A stretch of DNA of 64,000 nucleotides, from positions 1,472,001 to 1,536,000 of the forward strand of contig CBDCWI010000002.1 in the NCBI GenBank assembly GCA_965223325.1, given 5' to 3'. The translations under genes were made by a program, and so were the position numbers. The stretch is from Candidatus Multivoradales bacterium. Its GTDB lineage: Bacteria > Acidobacteriota > Thermoanaerobaculia > Multivoradales > Multivoraceae. Shown here piece after piece: positions 1-11,180 of this stretch. Each line of letters begins with the position of its first letter. Within the stretch, counting starts at the first letter, position 1. The notes below the pieces were generated by a model, which did not search any database, was not told the DNA's origin, and worked only from the letters and a program-made list of their open reading frames with translations.

Positions 1-1
1 A

Positions 2-832
2 CCGCAGGTTGCCTCGTCCGACGCCACCAACATCGAGACCTCGATCGTGCGCGACGGCGACAGCTACGTCATCAATGGTCGCAAGTGGTGGTCTTCGAAC
101 ATCTACCACCCGGACTGTGAGCTGATGATCGTGATGGGAAAGACCGATCCCGACGGGCCACGCCACGCGCAACAGAGCATGATCATTGTCGAGCGCTCGA
201 CACCCGGTGTCGAGCTGGTGCGACCATTGCCGGTCTTCAACGCCCTTCACTACCCGGCTGGCCACGGTGAGGTGCAGCTCACCGACGTTCGGGTGCCAGT
301 GGGGAATCTCCTGCTCGGCGAAGGCCGCGGCTTCGAGATCGCCCAGGGGCGCCTGGGCCCCGGTCGCATTCACCATTGCATGCGCCTGGTTGGCCAGGCA
401 CAGCGGGCACTCGACTACATGTGTCGCCGGGTCACTGAGCGACAGACCTTCGGCAAACAGCTCTCTGAATACAGCAGCATCCGGCAGGACATCGCCCGCT
501 CACGCTGCGAGATCGAGCAGGCCCGACTGCTCGTCCTCTCGACCGCCGACAAGGTCGACCGTGAAGGTGCGAAGGCGGCGAAAGATCTGGTTGCGATGAT
601 CAAGATCGTCGTGCCGGCGATGGCAGCCAAAGTCGCTGACCGTGCGATCCAGGCCTTTGGCGGCAAGGGAGTCTCCAACGACACACCGCTCGTCGACTAC
701 TACATCGGAGGACGGTTCCTGCAGATCGGCGATGGGCCGGACGAAGTGCACATGTACCAACTCGGTCGCAACACCGTCCGGCAGACGATGGCCCGAGGGC
801 GCCTGCACGTGCCGTACTTCGACGAACTCTGA
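2..832 (+). CDS. acyl-CoA dehydrogenase (5' partial)
   Basis: Frame is open from the window edge (PQVASSDATNIET...). Motifs INGRKWWSS, GFEIAQGRLGPGRIHHCMR and IGDGPDEVH are typical of ACAD10/11-like acyl-CoA dehydrogenases. Confidence 0.93.
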   Translation, partial: PQVASSDATNIETSIVRDGDSYVINGRKWWSSNIYHPDCELMIVMGKTDPDGPRHAQQSMIIVERSTPGVELVRPLPVFNALHYPAGHGEVQLTDVRVPVGNLLLGEGRGFEIAQGRLGPGRIHHCMRLVGQAQRALDYMCRRVTERQTFGKQLSEYSSIRQDIARSRCEIEQARLLVLSTADKVDREGAKAAKDLVAMIKIVVPAMAAKVADRAIQAFGGKGVSNDTPLVDYYIGGRFLQIGDGPDEVHMYQLGRNTVRQTMARGRLHVPYFDEL

Positions 833-854
833 GGCTCGAGTCGGTGCAGACCCC

Positions 855-899
855 TTTATTCATGGGCTTCCGCAGCCCATGAATAAATACTAGTTTTTG
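855..899 (+). terminator. perfect 14-bp hairpin, probable intrinsic terminator
   Basis: TTTATTCATGGGCT-tccgc-AGCCCATGAATAAA (855-887), followed by tactagttttt, 22 bp after the ACAD stop. Confidence 0.55.
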
Positions 900-956
900 T
901 TGCTAAAATAGCTTGGTCCGGCGCCGCATGACGCGGCGTTCTCAGGAGACCAAGCC

Positions 957-1388
957 ATGAAGCACATCGACTCGCGCGCGATCATCCACACCGGCCTCAC
1001 CTTTGGAGGGCACCTCATGGTGCTGGCGATGGCTGGATACATGGTTCTCCAGCGCCTCGAGGAAGCACCCGCACCCTCCCTCGGGCGGGCTCAACTCGAG
1101 TTCTTCGTCATCGCCATCGGCATCGTCATCTCGCAGATCGGCGTGTTCAAGACCGCCAACCGCGTGTTGCCCGAACGACGGGTCTACCAGCTGCTGCGCG
1201 ACGAGACCGACCGCTTCATCGACATGGTGCGACGACTCAACCGGGCCAAGATCTCCGGCAAGACCGAGAAGCTCGCTGCGGTCGAAAGCGAGATGCGCGC
1301 CCACGTCGACGTCCTCGTCGCCGCCGCCGGAGTCGAGAACCCCGAAGCCCTCGCCGAAGCGCAGGAAGAAGCCCAGTCCGCCGCGTAG
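957..1388 (+). CDS. hypothetical membrane protein (2 predicted TM helices plus helical tail)
   Basis: AGGAG RBS upstream of ATG; two hydrophobic segments; no family motif recognised. Confidence 0.7.
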   Translation: MKHIDSRAIIHTGLTFGGHLMVLAMAGYMVLQRLEEAPAPSLGRAQLEFFVIAIGIVISQIGVFKTANRVLPERRVYQLLRDETDRFIDMVRRLNRAKISGKTEKLAAVESEMRAHVDVLVAAAGVENPEALAEAQEEAQSAA

Positions 1389-1403
1389 CCGGGTCAGGCC
1401 AGC

Positions 1404-2594
<1,191 letters not shown>

Positions 2595-2728
2595 GATGCT
2601 TCTCTCATAGACGGGTTTGGGTGGAGGCAATCAAAGTAGCAGCGCCCCCCACCGTGGTCAAACCGCGATCGGCAGAGGGAGCCGCTATCAACGTAGACTG
2701 CACTCCCCCACCTCAGGAGGCTCCCCCG

Positions 2729-4531
2729 ATGCGCCAAACCGCCCTCTCCGCAGTGCTCGTCTCCCTAGCCCTTCTTGTCGGCGCCTGTGACAGTACCGAG
2801 CCGCCAGACAGTGCGACAGCCGTCCATCAGGCGGCGGAGCTCAACGCCTTCTTGGACGCCGTCTTCGAGCGCGAAGTCAGCGAAAGCCCGATCCGCCAAT
2901 CGCGCCTCGGCCGCCTCACCGATCGCCTGGATGAGTGGGACGACTTCTCGGACGCCTACGCCGAGGAGCAGATCGAACAACGGCGGGAAGACCTCGAGAA
3001 GCTCCGGAGCTTCGACCGCGAGGCCCTTCCAGAGGCAGACCAGATCAGCTACGACCTCTTCGAGCTCAACGCGCAGCAGGCGATCGACACCCACGCATTC
3101 AGAAAGCAGTTCTACGTTGTTGATCAGTTCAACGGCCAGGTCTCCGACCTCTTGACCGTCCTCCAGAACAACCACCCCATCAAAACAACCCAGGACGCCG
3201 AGAACTACATCGCCCGAATCGCTGGTCTCGAGAACGTGCTTGGAGAACTCACCACGCAACTGCGTGACCGCGCCGATCTCGGAATCATCCCGCCGGCCTT
3301 CTCCTTCCCAGCGATGCTCGCCGACGCCCGTTCCATGGCCGACGGCGCGGCTCTGGCAACCGACTTCTCCCTGAAGATCGAAGAGCTCGAAGTCGCCGAC
3401 GCGGTTCGCGAAGGTCTGAGGGCGAGGGCCGCCCAAGCTCTCGAGGGCGCGTACAAGAGCGGTTTCAGGGGTCTCATCGCCGAGCTCGAACGCCTCGAAC
3501 CGCTCGCCAGGGACAACGGAAACAAGGGTGTCTGGTCCCTGCCCGACGGTGAAGCTTTCTACCGCAACCGAGTCCGGGCACACACCACCCTCGACCTGAG
3601 CGCCGACGAAATCCACGCCATTGGGCTGGTCGATGTCGAGCGCATTCACGAAGAAATGCGCGCCATCCAGGAACAGGTCGGTTTCGATGGATCGCTGCAG
3701 GACTTTTTCGAGTTCATCCGCAACGATCCGAACAACTACTTCGAAGACTCGGATGCCGGGCGTCAGGCGTTCCTCGAGGAAGCTCGTGGCCTGGTAGCTG
3801 AGATCTATGCCGTCGTCGGCGACTGGTTTCATCGCCTTCCCAAAGCCGAGCTCGAGGTGCGACGAGTCGAGCCGTGGCGCGAGAACTCAACCAGCATCGC
3901 CTTCTACAACCGCCCCTCCGAAGACGGCTCCCGCCCCGGCATCTACTACGCCAACCTGGCGGACATGAAGAGCGTGCAGAAGTACGTCTTCACCGCGATT
4001 ACGTACCACGAGTCGGTGCCGGGGCATCACTTCCAGATCGCGCTCGCACAGGAGCTGCCGGGGCTACCGAAGTTTCGCAAGTTCGGCGGCTACAACGCGT
4101 ACACCGAAGGCTGGGCACTGTACGGCGAACGACTCGCCAAGGAGATGGGCTTCTACCAGGAGCCGTTGCGCGATTTCGGCCGCTTGCAAGACGAGATCTG
4201 GCGTTCGGTGCGTCTGGTCGTCGACACCGGGATTCACGAGAAACGGTGGACCCGACAGCAGGCGATCGACTACTTCACCGAGAACACGCCGATCTCCGAA
4301 GGCGACATCATCACCGAGGTCGAGCGCTACTTCGTCAACCCGGGGCAGGCGCTCGGCTACAAGATGGGAATGATCAAGATTCTCGAGTTGCGCGACCGCG
4401 CCGAAGCGGCCCTCGGCGACGCCTTCGACATCCGAGACTTTCACGACGTCGTCATCGGCTCGGGAAGCCTCTCGCTGCCGGTGCTCGAACGGCAGGTCGA
4501 GCGCTACATCGAAGCGGAGAAGAACGCCTAG
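2729..4531 (+). CDS. DUF885 family lipoprotein (putative metallopeptidase)
   Basis: AGGAGG RBS; lipobox LVGAC; HESVPGHHFQ, EGWALYGE and PGQALGYKMG motifs. Confidence 0.9.
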   Translation: MRQTALSAVLVSLALLVGACDSTEPPDSATAVHQAAELNAFLDAVFEREVSESPIRQSRLGRLTDRLDEWDDFSDAYAEEQIEQRREDLEKLRSFDREALPEADQISYDLFELNAQQAIDTHAFRKQFYVVDQFNGQVSDLLTVLQNNHPIKTTQDAENYIARIAGLENVLGELTTQLRDRADLGIIPPAFSFPAMLADARSMADGAALATDFSLKIEELEVADAVREGLRARAAQALEGAYKSGFRGLIAELERLEPLARDNGNKGVWSLPDGEAFYRNRVRAHTTLDLSADEIHAIGLVDVERIHEEMRAIQEQVGFDGSLQDFFEFIRNDPNNYFEDSDAGRQAFLEEARGLVAEIYAVVGDWFHRLPKAELEVRRVEPWRENSTSIAFYNRPSEDGSRPGIYYANLADMKSVQKYVFTAITYHESVPGHHFQIALAQELPGLPKFRKFGGYNAYTEGWALYGERLAKEMGFYQEPLRDFGRLQDEIWRSVRLVVDTGIHEKRWTRQQAIDYFTENTPISEGDIITEVERYFVNPGQALGYKMGMIKILELRDRAEAALGDAFDIRDFHDVVIGSGSLSLPVLERQVERYIEAEKNA

Positions 4532-4538
4532 GGACGAA

Positions 4539-5816
4539 CTAGCGGTGGACGACAACCGGCAGGTCTGAGAAGCCCTGTACGAACGACGAGCGCACCCGCA
4601 CCGGGTTGCCCGTGACCTCGATGTTGCTGAAGCGCTGCATGATCTCCTCCCAGAGAATGCGCAGCTGCATCTCCGCCAGGCGGTTGCCCATGCAGCGGTG
4701 AATGCCGAAGCCGAACGACATGTGGCGGCGAGCGTTCTTACGGTCAATGACCAGCTGGTCGCCGTTCTCGAACACCTCTTCGTCACGGTTACCGCTGGCG
4801 TACCACATGAGCACCTTCTCGCCGGCCTTGATCGTCTCGCCGCGAATCTCGGTGTCTTCGGTGGCCGTGCGACGCATGTAGGCGAGCGGCGTCTGCCAGC
4901 GGATGACTTCTGAGACCATGTTGGGAATAAGGCCCGGGTCGGCGCGCAACTTGTCGTACTCGGCCGGGAACTGATTGAGACCGAGCACCCCGGCGCTGAT
5001 CGAGTTGCGGGTCGTGTCGTTGCCGCCGACAATCAAGAGCACCAGGTTGCCGAGGAACTCCATCGGTGGCATGTCTTTCGTCGACTCGCCGTGGGCGAGC
5101 ATCGAGATCATGTCGTTGCCGGGCGGCTTGTTGATGCGCTCGTTCCAGAGGTTGGTGAAGTAGGCCAGGCACTCTCGGAGAATGTCCTGACGTTCCTCGT
5201 CGGTTTCGACCAGACCGCCAGGCTCGACGCGGGCGGTGGCGATATCCGACCAGTAGGTGAGCTTGCGACGTTCTTCGAACGGAAAGTCGAAGAGTGTTGC
5301 GAGCATCTGGGTCGTGAGTTCGATTGAGACCCGGTCGACCCAGTTGAACTCGTCCCCGATCGGCAACGAGTCGAGAATGTTGCAGACCCGCTCCCGGATG
5401 GTCTCCGACAGGGCGTTCAGGTTGCGCGGCCCAACCACCGAGCTCACCGCGTTGCGCTGCTCGTCGTGCTTGGGCGGATCCATGGCGATGAACATCGGCA
5501 TGCGAAAGTCGGGCAGCGGATCCGGAAGCGTGATCACCGGTTCCGATGAGAACAGATGGTGATGGGTGTCGACATACTGGATGTCGGCAAACCTGGTGAC
5601 CGACCAGTAGGGTCCGAACTCGTCGCCGCGGCTGTAGTGCACCGGTGCTTCTTCACGGAGGCGCTTGAAGTACGGGTACTGCAGGTGGTGCTCGAAGAGA
5701 TCCGGCACCGCGATGTCGATGTCTTCGAGGGGGATGCTGTAGGGATCACTGACCGGCATGATGCTGCCAGCATTGGGCTCCTGACCGCCCGAACTCTGAA
5801 CGACGGGTTCAGTCAT
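4539..5816 (-). CDS. cytochrome P450, CYP153-like (alkane/fatty acid omega-hydroxylase type)
   Basis: FIAMDPPKHDEQR, LLIVGGNDTTRN, EVIRWQTPLAYMRR and heme motif FGFGIHRCMGNRLAE match CYP153. Confidence 0.9.
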   Translation of the reverse strand: MTEPVVQSSGGQEPNAGSIMPVSDPYSIPLEDIDIAVPDLFEHHLQYPYFKRLREEAPVHYSRGDEFGPYWSVTRFADIQYVDTHHHLFSSEPVITLPDPLPDFRMPMFIAMDPPKHDEQRNAVSSVVGPRNLNALSETIRERVCNILDSLPIGDEFNWVDRVSIELTTQMLATLFDFPFEERRKLTYWSDIATARVEPGGLVETDEERQDILRECLAYFTNLWNERINKPPGNDMISMLAHGESTKDMPPMEFLGNLVLLIVGGNDTTRNSISAGVLGLNQFPAEYDKLRADPGLIPNMVSEVIRWQTPLAYMRRTATEDTEIRGETIKAGEKVLMWYASGNRDEEVFENGDQLVIDRKNARRHMSFGFGIHRCMGNRLAEMQLRILWEEIMQRFSNIEVTGNPVRVRSSFVQGFSDLPVVVHR

Positions 5817-5897
5817 CTTTCACCTTCCTTCTGAACGCCCTATCTATAGAAGGGCTGTCACTGTTGCTTGCAAGCTCCGAAGCCGCGGCGGGCCTAC

Positions 5898-6221
5898 CTA
5901 CATCTGGAATTCGGGAATCCGCACGACCAGGCCGTCGAGTTCCTCTTTGACCTCGATCTGGCAGCAGAGCCGCGAGGTCTCCTGACGATCTTCGTTCAGG
6001 CCCAGCATGTCTTCTTCCATGCCCTCGGCCCGGCCGCCAACCTTCTCGATCCACTCGCCATCGACGTACACGTGGCAGGTTGCGCACGAGCAGCCGCCGC
6101 CGCAGTCGGCATCGATTCCGGGAACCTCGTGGGCCATAGCGGTCTCCATGACCGAGTCACCGGGCTCCCCTTCGACGTCAAACTCCTCGCCGGCGTGGGT
6201 AATGAACTTGATCTTGGGCAC
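5898..6221 (-). CDS. 2Fe-2S ferredoxin (adrenodoxin/putidaredoxin type)
   Basis: DADCGGGCSCATCHVY and SRLCCQI; directly upstream of the P450. Confidence 0.93.
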   Translation of the reverse strand: MPKIKFITHAGEEFDVEGEPGDSVMETAMAHEVPGIDADCGGGCSCATCHVYVDGEWIEKVGGRAEGMEEDMLGLNEDRQETSRLCCQIEVKEELDGLVVRIPEFQM

Positions 6222-6286
6222 TGCTGCGCTTCCTTCTATGCCGTTAGCGGGACGCTGATTCTAGCGCAAACTGGCCGGTCGACCAG

Positions 6287-7594
6287 TTACTCCATGACGG
6301 CTTGATAGGTCGCGGTGACCAGATCTTGCCGGATGTTGAGGTGGGTATAGGGACGCACCTGGGTCATCATGATGCCGATCAGCTCTTCGGCCGGATCGAC
6401 CCAGAAGACCGTGCACAGCGCCCCGCCCCAGGCGTAGCTGCCGACCTGGGCAGGCATGCCGGAGCGCCCCTTGTCGGTCACCACGCTGTAGCCGAGGCCG
6501 AAACCGTACCCCGGCCCACGCAGCCAGACGTCGAGGTCGCCGATGTGGTTCGTGGTCATGAGCTCAACCGTTCGCGGCGCGAGAATGCGCTGGCCGTCGA
6601 GCGCGCCGCCGTCGAGCATCATCTGGTGGAATCGAAAGTAGTCGCGGGCCGTCGACGCAAGGCCGCCACCGCCGCTGAAGTAGGTCACTGGTGACGTCGG
6701 CACCTGGGGCTTCGCCACCCGCTCGATGGTGTTGTCCTCGCCGGGTCGGTAGTAGGAGGCAACGCGGGCGACGTTGTCTTTGGTGATGTGGAACGTCGTA
6801 TCGCGCATGTCGAGTGGGTCGAAAATGCGCTCCTGGAGGAACACATCGAACGACTGGCCCGAGATCACCTCGACCAGCCGTCCTACGAGGTCGGTCGCCG
6901 GACCGTACTCCCAGCGATCGCCGGGATCGAAGTTGAGCGGCAGCTTGGCGAGCTGCTCTGACATCTCAGCAATCGTTTCGGGGCGCTCCTGGCGCGACTC
7001 GAGATACGCCTCTCGGGTCAAACCGCGGTACGAGTTCGCAAGACCGGCCGTGTGCGTCAGGAGATGCTGCACGGTGATCGGCCGTGCCGCCGGGCGCGAC
7101 TTGTACGGCGTCGCGACATACTCCGCGTCGCCGGGAGGAACTGCAACCTCAGGGTCCGCCCATTCGGGCAGGAACTTCGCGATCGGGTCGCGAAGCTGGA
7201 AGCGGCCCTCCTCCCAGAGCGTCATCAGCGCGACTGATGCGATCGGCTTGGTCATCGACGCGATGCGAAAGATCGTGTCGCTGGTCATCGGCACCTGTTC
7301 TTCGACGTGCTTGTACCCCTGACTCTCGAAGTGCACGACCTTGCCGCGCCGCGCGATCAGGGTCACCGTGCCGGCGACCAACTCGTCGTCGATGTAGCGC
7401 TGCATCACATCGCGAACGCGTTCCAGGCGCTCAGAAGACATGCCGACGGCCTCGGGGCTCGCCATCGGCAGGTCGAAGGTGTCCGCGCCAGCATCACGGC
7501 CGCCATCTTCGCCCGCCACCGCGACCGGCAACAGAGCAAAGGCCACCGCCAGCAGCAGTCCCTGCAGAAACGAACGAACAACGTCAGATGCCAT
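6287..7594 (-). CDS. serine hydrolase, beta-lactamase class C-like family
   Basis: Signal peptide; FRIASMTK (SxxK), LLTHTAG, WEYG and WGG motifs. Confidence 0.9.
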   Translation of the reverse strand: MASDVVRSFLQGLLLAVAFALLPVAVAGEDGGRDAGADTFDLPMASPEAVGMSSERLERVRDVMQRYIDDELVAGTVTLIARRGKVVHFESQGYKHVEEQVPMTSDTIFRIASMTKPIASVALMTLWEEGRFQLRDPIAKFLPEWADPEVAVPPGDAEYVATPYKSRPAARPITVQHLLTHTAGLANSYRGLTREAYLESRQERPETIAEMSEQLAKLPLNFDPGDRWEYGPATDLVGRLVEVISGQSFDVFLQERIFDPLDMRDTTFHITKDNVARVASYYRPGEDNTIERVAKPQVPTSPVTYFSGGGGLASTARDYFRFHQMMLDGGALDGQRILAPRTVELMTTNHIGDLDVWLRGPGYGFGLGYSVVTDKGRSGMPAQVGSYAWGGALCTVFWVDPAEELIGIMMTQVRPYTHLNIRQDLVTATYQAVME

Positions 7595-7834
7595 GGCAAA
7601 GTCCTCACGAATAGGGCCTCGGCAAGCCGAGGCAAAGTCTTGCGTCGATGAGAGTGAAACCCCAGTCTAGCCCCGCCCCACGACCCCACCACAGTCGGGG
7701 GGGCTTTCTTGCCTCCTCCGACCGGCAGTGGGGGCTTTCGGGCGTGCCGTACGGATTGCGGTGGGAAAGTCGGGTCGACGGTGTGGAGGACTGTGTGGGG
7801 GCGGCCGGCGGCGCTTCGACCGAAGCGTGGTTCG

Positions 7835-8332
7835 CTAGTCCTTGGCGGTCAGCTCCGCCCCGAGCCCCTGGAGCTGAAAGAGGGTGACGGGGCCGGTGAC
7901 CGTCGCGGGGTCGAACTCCTCGCCTTTCTCTTCCGCCAGGTGCTCGTAGTAGCCGACCGCCTGCTCCCTGGTGAGCTCGCGCTTCTCCAAGATGCCCTCG
8001 GCAACGACTTCTTGACCGCGTACCTCAGTCGGGAATTCGATGACTCCGTCATCGACCTTGAACCGGATCTGCTGCGCGGTCTGCTGGTCGATCACGTCGA
8101 TCCAGCAACCCTTCATCGGGCACACGTCTTCGACCAGACCGACGACGGTGACTTTCTCTCCCAGATAGGGTTCGGGGTCGGCGAGGAGCTCACCGATGCG
8201 CAAGGTCACAGCACCCGACAGCTCTTCGCCGTAATGGATGGAATCTCCAGAGTCGTCGGCAACTGCCGGTGCGAACGATATGAGAATGAGCGATGCGGCG
8301 GCAAGCAGGGTAGGAACTGTGTGAATGCGCAT
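7835..8332 (-). CDS. DUF4920-like OB-fold secreted protein
   Basis: Signal peptide from MRIHTV; GEKVTVVGLVEDVCPMKGCW and HLAEE motifs; AGGAG RBS. Confidence 0.75.
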   Translation of the reverse strand: MRIHTVPTLLAAASLILISFAPAVADDSGDSIHYGEELSGAVTLRIGELLADPEPYLGEKVTVVGLVEDVCPMKGCWIDVIDQQTAQQIRFKVDDGVIEFPTEVRGQEVVAEGILEKRELTREQAVGYYEHLAEEKGEEFDPATVTGPVTLFQLQGLGAELTAKD

Positions 8333-8497
8333 GCGCGGTCTCCTTGGAGGTGGGTTCGGCGAACTCGATTCGGGCCTGGATCGACGCGAGGGCCTCTCCA
8401 TCGCGCCCGCGAGCCCGTGTTTCCAGAGAGTCTAGCCAAGGCAGCGAGCGCTCTTCCACTGGGCCAACTACCTACTTCGAGCGAGCAGCAGGACCGA

Positions 8498-9964
8498 CTA
8501 CTCCGGCAAGACCTCGGCCCACGCCTCGGCAGCCCCTTCGAGTCGCGGGGCATCCTCAGGCAGGACGAATCCCTGGTCGACCGCCCCGGCAAGCGCCCGG
8601 CGATACTTCTCGAGGTAGCTCCCGCGGTTCGGATATAGCGCCCTGAGCTCGTCGCCCGTGAAGTCGCGCGCGTAACCGTAGAGGAACGCAAAGCGATTGC
8701 CTCCCGCCACACGCTCCCCGGCACCGCGGTGCTCTGCGGTGGGTACAACCATTTCGGGAAGTCGGATGCCCCCAAGGGCGTTACCATGCGCATCGCGTGC
8801 GATTTCCATTCCGGTGCCTGCCGTCGCAAGTGGGTTGGCACTCGCAGCGGCCTTCTTGACTTCGATCAGGGGAAAACGTGGCGGAAGCTTGCCTTCGCTC
8901 AACCAACGGTGCATATGACGGAGAGCGGCGTCGTAGACCGGTTTGTAGGCCAGCCAGTTCGGTGAACTCATGCCTTCGGTGGTCGCCGCAGCATCCCGCG
9001 TCACGCTGACGTGCGAAGTGCCCGCAACTTCCCAGAAGCGGTAGGTGTCGGTGTCGGGCTGGCGCGCGTTGTAGTAGGCCATGGTCTCAGTTTCGGAGTT
9101 GACCACAAGGACCGGTACGCCGAGATCGGAACGCACCATGTGCGATCGGCGCACGCCGCGCGGGGCGCCACTCCTGTCGCGCGCGAAGGGCACGCCGCCA
9201 GCGAAGTCGATGTACGGAATGAAGCCGTCGAAGAACTGCTCCTTCGGATGCACTCCGTTCATGTAGGTGCGCAATCGCGAGGCCGACTGCGAGGCGCCCG
9301 CGGCAACCACGTACCGCACATCCAGGCCACCCATCGGATCGACCGGCGTTGTCGCGCGCCGAGGACCGACGGCACGCGCCGCCTGGGTGAAGATGTCGTA
9401 CGAGTAAGCGTCGCCGGGATGCTCGAGCGAGCCGTAGCGCTCCTTGTCCCACTGCTTGAGCCCCGCGGCATCCGGGCCCGGGAAGCCATCGATGCCGATC
9501 TTCTGCGCCGAGATTCCTACCCAGGCGAAACCACGCAAGTACTCATCGTCGCTGACCGTTCCCAGCTCGTACCCCGCGGTGACGTTCTGCCAGTGCGCGA
9601 TGACCGTCCCATTGAAGCGCGCAGCGTCACTTGGCCGCACCACCAACAGGCGCGTCTTCCAGGGAACCGTGGAAGCTTCCTTCTCGGTCTTCCACATGCC
9701 GTCGCTTTTGTGTTCGGTACCCTCCCGCAGTCTGTAGGCCGACGCCTCGCCTTCGAGAAAGAACTCCTCCATGACGTAGCCGAAGTCGGCCAGGTCAAGG
9801 GCCGGCGCCGAGAAGGGAGCGCCCTTTTCGCCACCGGTGACCGGACCCGACAGGCGCGCTGTCTGTGCCGCCGAATCGGAGCCCTCAGTCGCCGCGGCAG
9901 CGAGAACCGCTGGAACCAGGACAGACAAGAAGCCAACCACTCCGGTGCGTCGCCCTGATCTCAT
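8498..9964 (-). CDS. alpha/beta hydrolase domain protein (Abhydrolase_10-like), secreted
   Basis: FNGTVIAHWQNVT, GASQSA nucleophile elbow, WEVAGTSH and GNALGGIRLP. Confidence 0.8.
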   Translation of the reverse strand: MRSGRRTGVVGFLSVLVPAVLAAAATEGSDSAAQTARLSGPVTGGEKGAPFSAPALDLADFGYVMEEFFLEGEASAYRLREGTEHKSDGMWKTEKEASTVPWKTRLLVVRPSDAARFNGTVIAHWQNVTAGYELGTVSDDEYLRGFAWVGISAQKIGIDGFPGPDAAGLKQWDKERYGSLEHPGDAYSYDIFTQAARAVGPRRATTPVDPMGGLDVRYVVAAGASQSASRLRTYMNGVHPKEQFFDGFIPYIDFAGGVPFARDRSGAPRGVRRSHMVRSDLGVPVLVVNSETETMAYYNARQPDTDTYRFWEVAGTSHVSVTRDAAATTEGMSSPNWLAYKPVYDAALRHMHRWLSEGKLPPRFPLIEVKKAAASANPLATAGTGMEIARDAHGNALGGIRLPEMVVPTAEHRGAGERVAGGNRFAFLYGYARDFTGDELRALYPNRGSYLEKYRRALAGAVDQGFVLPEDAPRLEGAAEAWAEVLPE

Positions 9965-10027
9965 CGCGCATTCCTTTCTTCCCGCGAGTCGCGAGAGTCT
10001 GCCTATTTCGGTTCTCGACACACAGGA

Positions 10028-10054
10028 TACAGCGCACTCCGCTACAGCGCACTC
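10028..10054. repeat. 12-bp direct repeat TACAGCGCACTC x2
   Basis: Copies at 10028-10039 and 10043-10054, upstream of the minus-strand hydrolase. Confidence 0.7.
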
Positions 10055-10122
10055 TGTTGACTGACGGCGCTACCTGAACTGCCGCGCGCCTCAACCGCCA
10101 CTACGGGTCCACACCGCCGGGG

Positions 10123-11010
10123 TCACTGGTCGCCGGAGGGCCGCCCTTCGACCGTCGTGCGCAGCGGCACCTGGCACACGTCGAGAACCGCGGGAGGCTC
10201 ATGATGGAAGAACGCATCGCTGCGATTGCGGCGCTCATCGAGCATCTGCTTGAACTCGGCGCTCGCCGTGTCGGGCACGTGAATCTTCATGCGCTCGGAC
10301 GGCGGCAGGTCGGCTGCCAGGCGCGCCCGGTCGATCGGCGTACGTTCGTTGGGGTCTTCAATCATGCCGTCTTCGTCCGGTCCATCGCGACGAATGCGCT
10401 GCACGATTTCCATGCCTCTGATCACGCGACCGAAGATGGTCAGGTTACGGTCGAGATAACGCGGCGCCTGACCGATCACGATGTAGAAATCGGTACTGGC
10501 AGTATCGCGCCCGTTGTTGCGCGCCATCGCGACGACACCGGGACAGTGTGTCAGCCAGGCCGCGCCGGTCGCCGGATCGCGGCCGACGGCAAACCCGTCG
10601 ATGAACCCGGTCTCGGGAGCGAAGAGGTCGCCTGACTGCACCAGGGTGAAGGTCCCCAATCCCTCGAGCGGGCGCTCGAACTCTCCCTTGACCTGCGGGT
10701 TCGAAAACTCGCCCGCCATGTCGGAACCGTCGCCAGCCTGGGCGACAAAACCATCGATCACCCGGTAGAACGTCGCGTCGTCGTAAAAGCCAGAGCGCAC
10801 GAACTTGATGAACTGCTCCACCTGCAGCGGTGCGAAGTCAGGGTTGAGCTCGATCACGATGCGGCCATCCGGCACATCGAGATAGACCTGCCGCAGAGCG
10901 TCTACCGGCCGCTGTCCGTGGGCAGCCGCGGGCGAAGTCGCCGCAGCGAGAGCGGCAGCCAGACAGGCGAGAAGGAGCAACGCGGTCGGGGGAAGCTGTC
11001 TCTGGTTCAT
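10123..11010 (-). CDS. cyclophilin-type peptidyl-prolyl isomerase, secreted
   Basis: FYRVIDGFVAQAG, GVVAMAR, FYIVIGQAPRYLDRNLTIFGRV; signal peptide. Confidence 0.9.
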   Translation of the reverse strand: MNQRQLPPTALLLLACLAAALAAATSPAAAHGQRPVDALRQVYLDVPDGRIVIELNPDFAPLQVEQFIKFVRSGFYDDATFYRVIDGFVAQAGDGSDMAGEFSNPQVKGEFERPLEGLGTFTLVQSGDLFAPETGFIDGFAVGRDPATGAAWLTHCPGVVAMARNNGRDTASTDFYIVIGQAPRYLDRNLTIFGRVIRGMEIVQRIRRDGPDEDGMIEDPNERTPIDRARLAADLPPSERMKIHVPDTASAEFKQMLDERRNRSDAFFHHEPPAVLDVCQVPLRTTVEGRPSGDQ

Positions 11011-11180
11011 GAGCTCCGCCGAGGGTAGCAGGACTCCCGGGCCCGCAGCAGTGGTACTCAGTAGCCTGGGGCTTTCGCACCGGCTGGGATAGGGTTGAAT
11101 ACCCGGCGCCTGGTCGCCGTCCTCTCTCCCCTCCTTTCCTGAAAAAGGCCCATCACCTCCCTGGGCTCTCGAACCTCACC

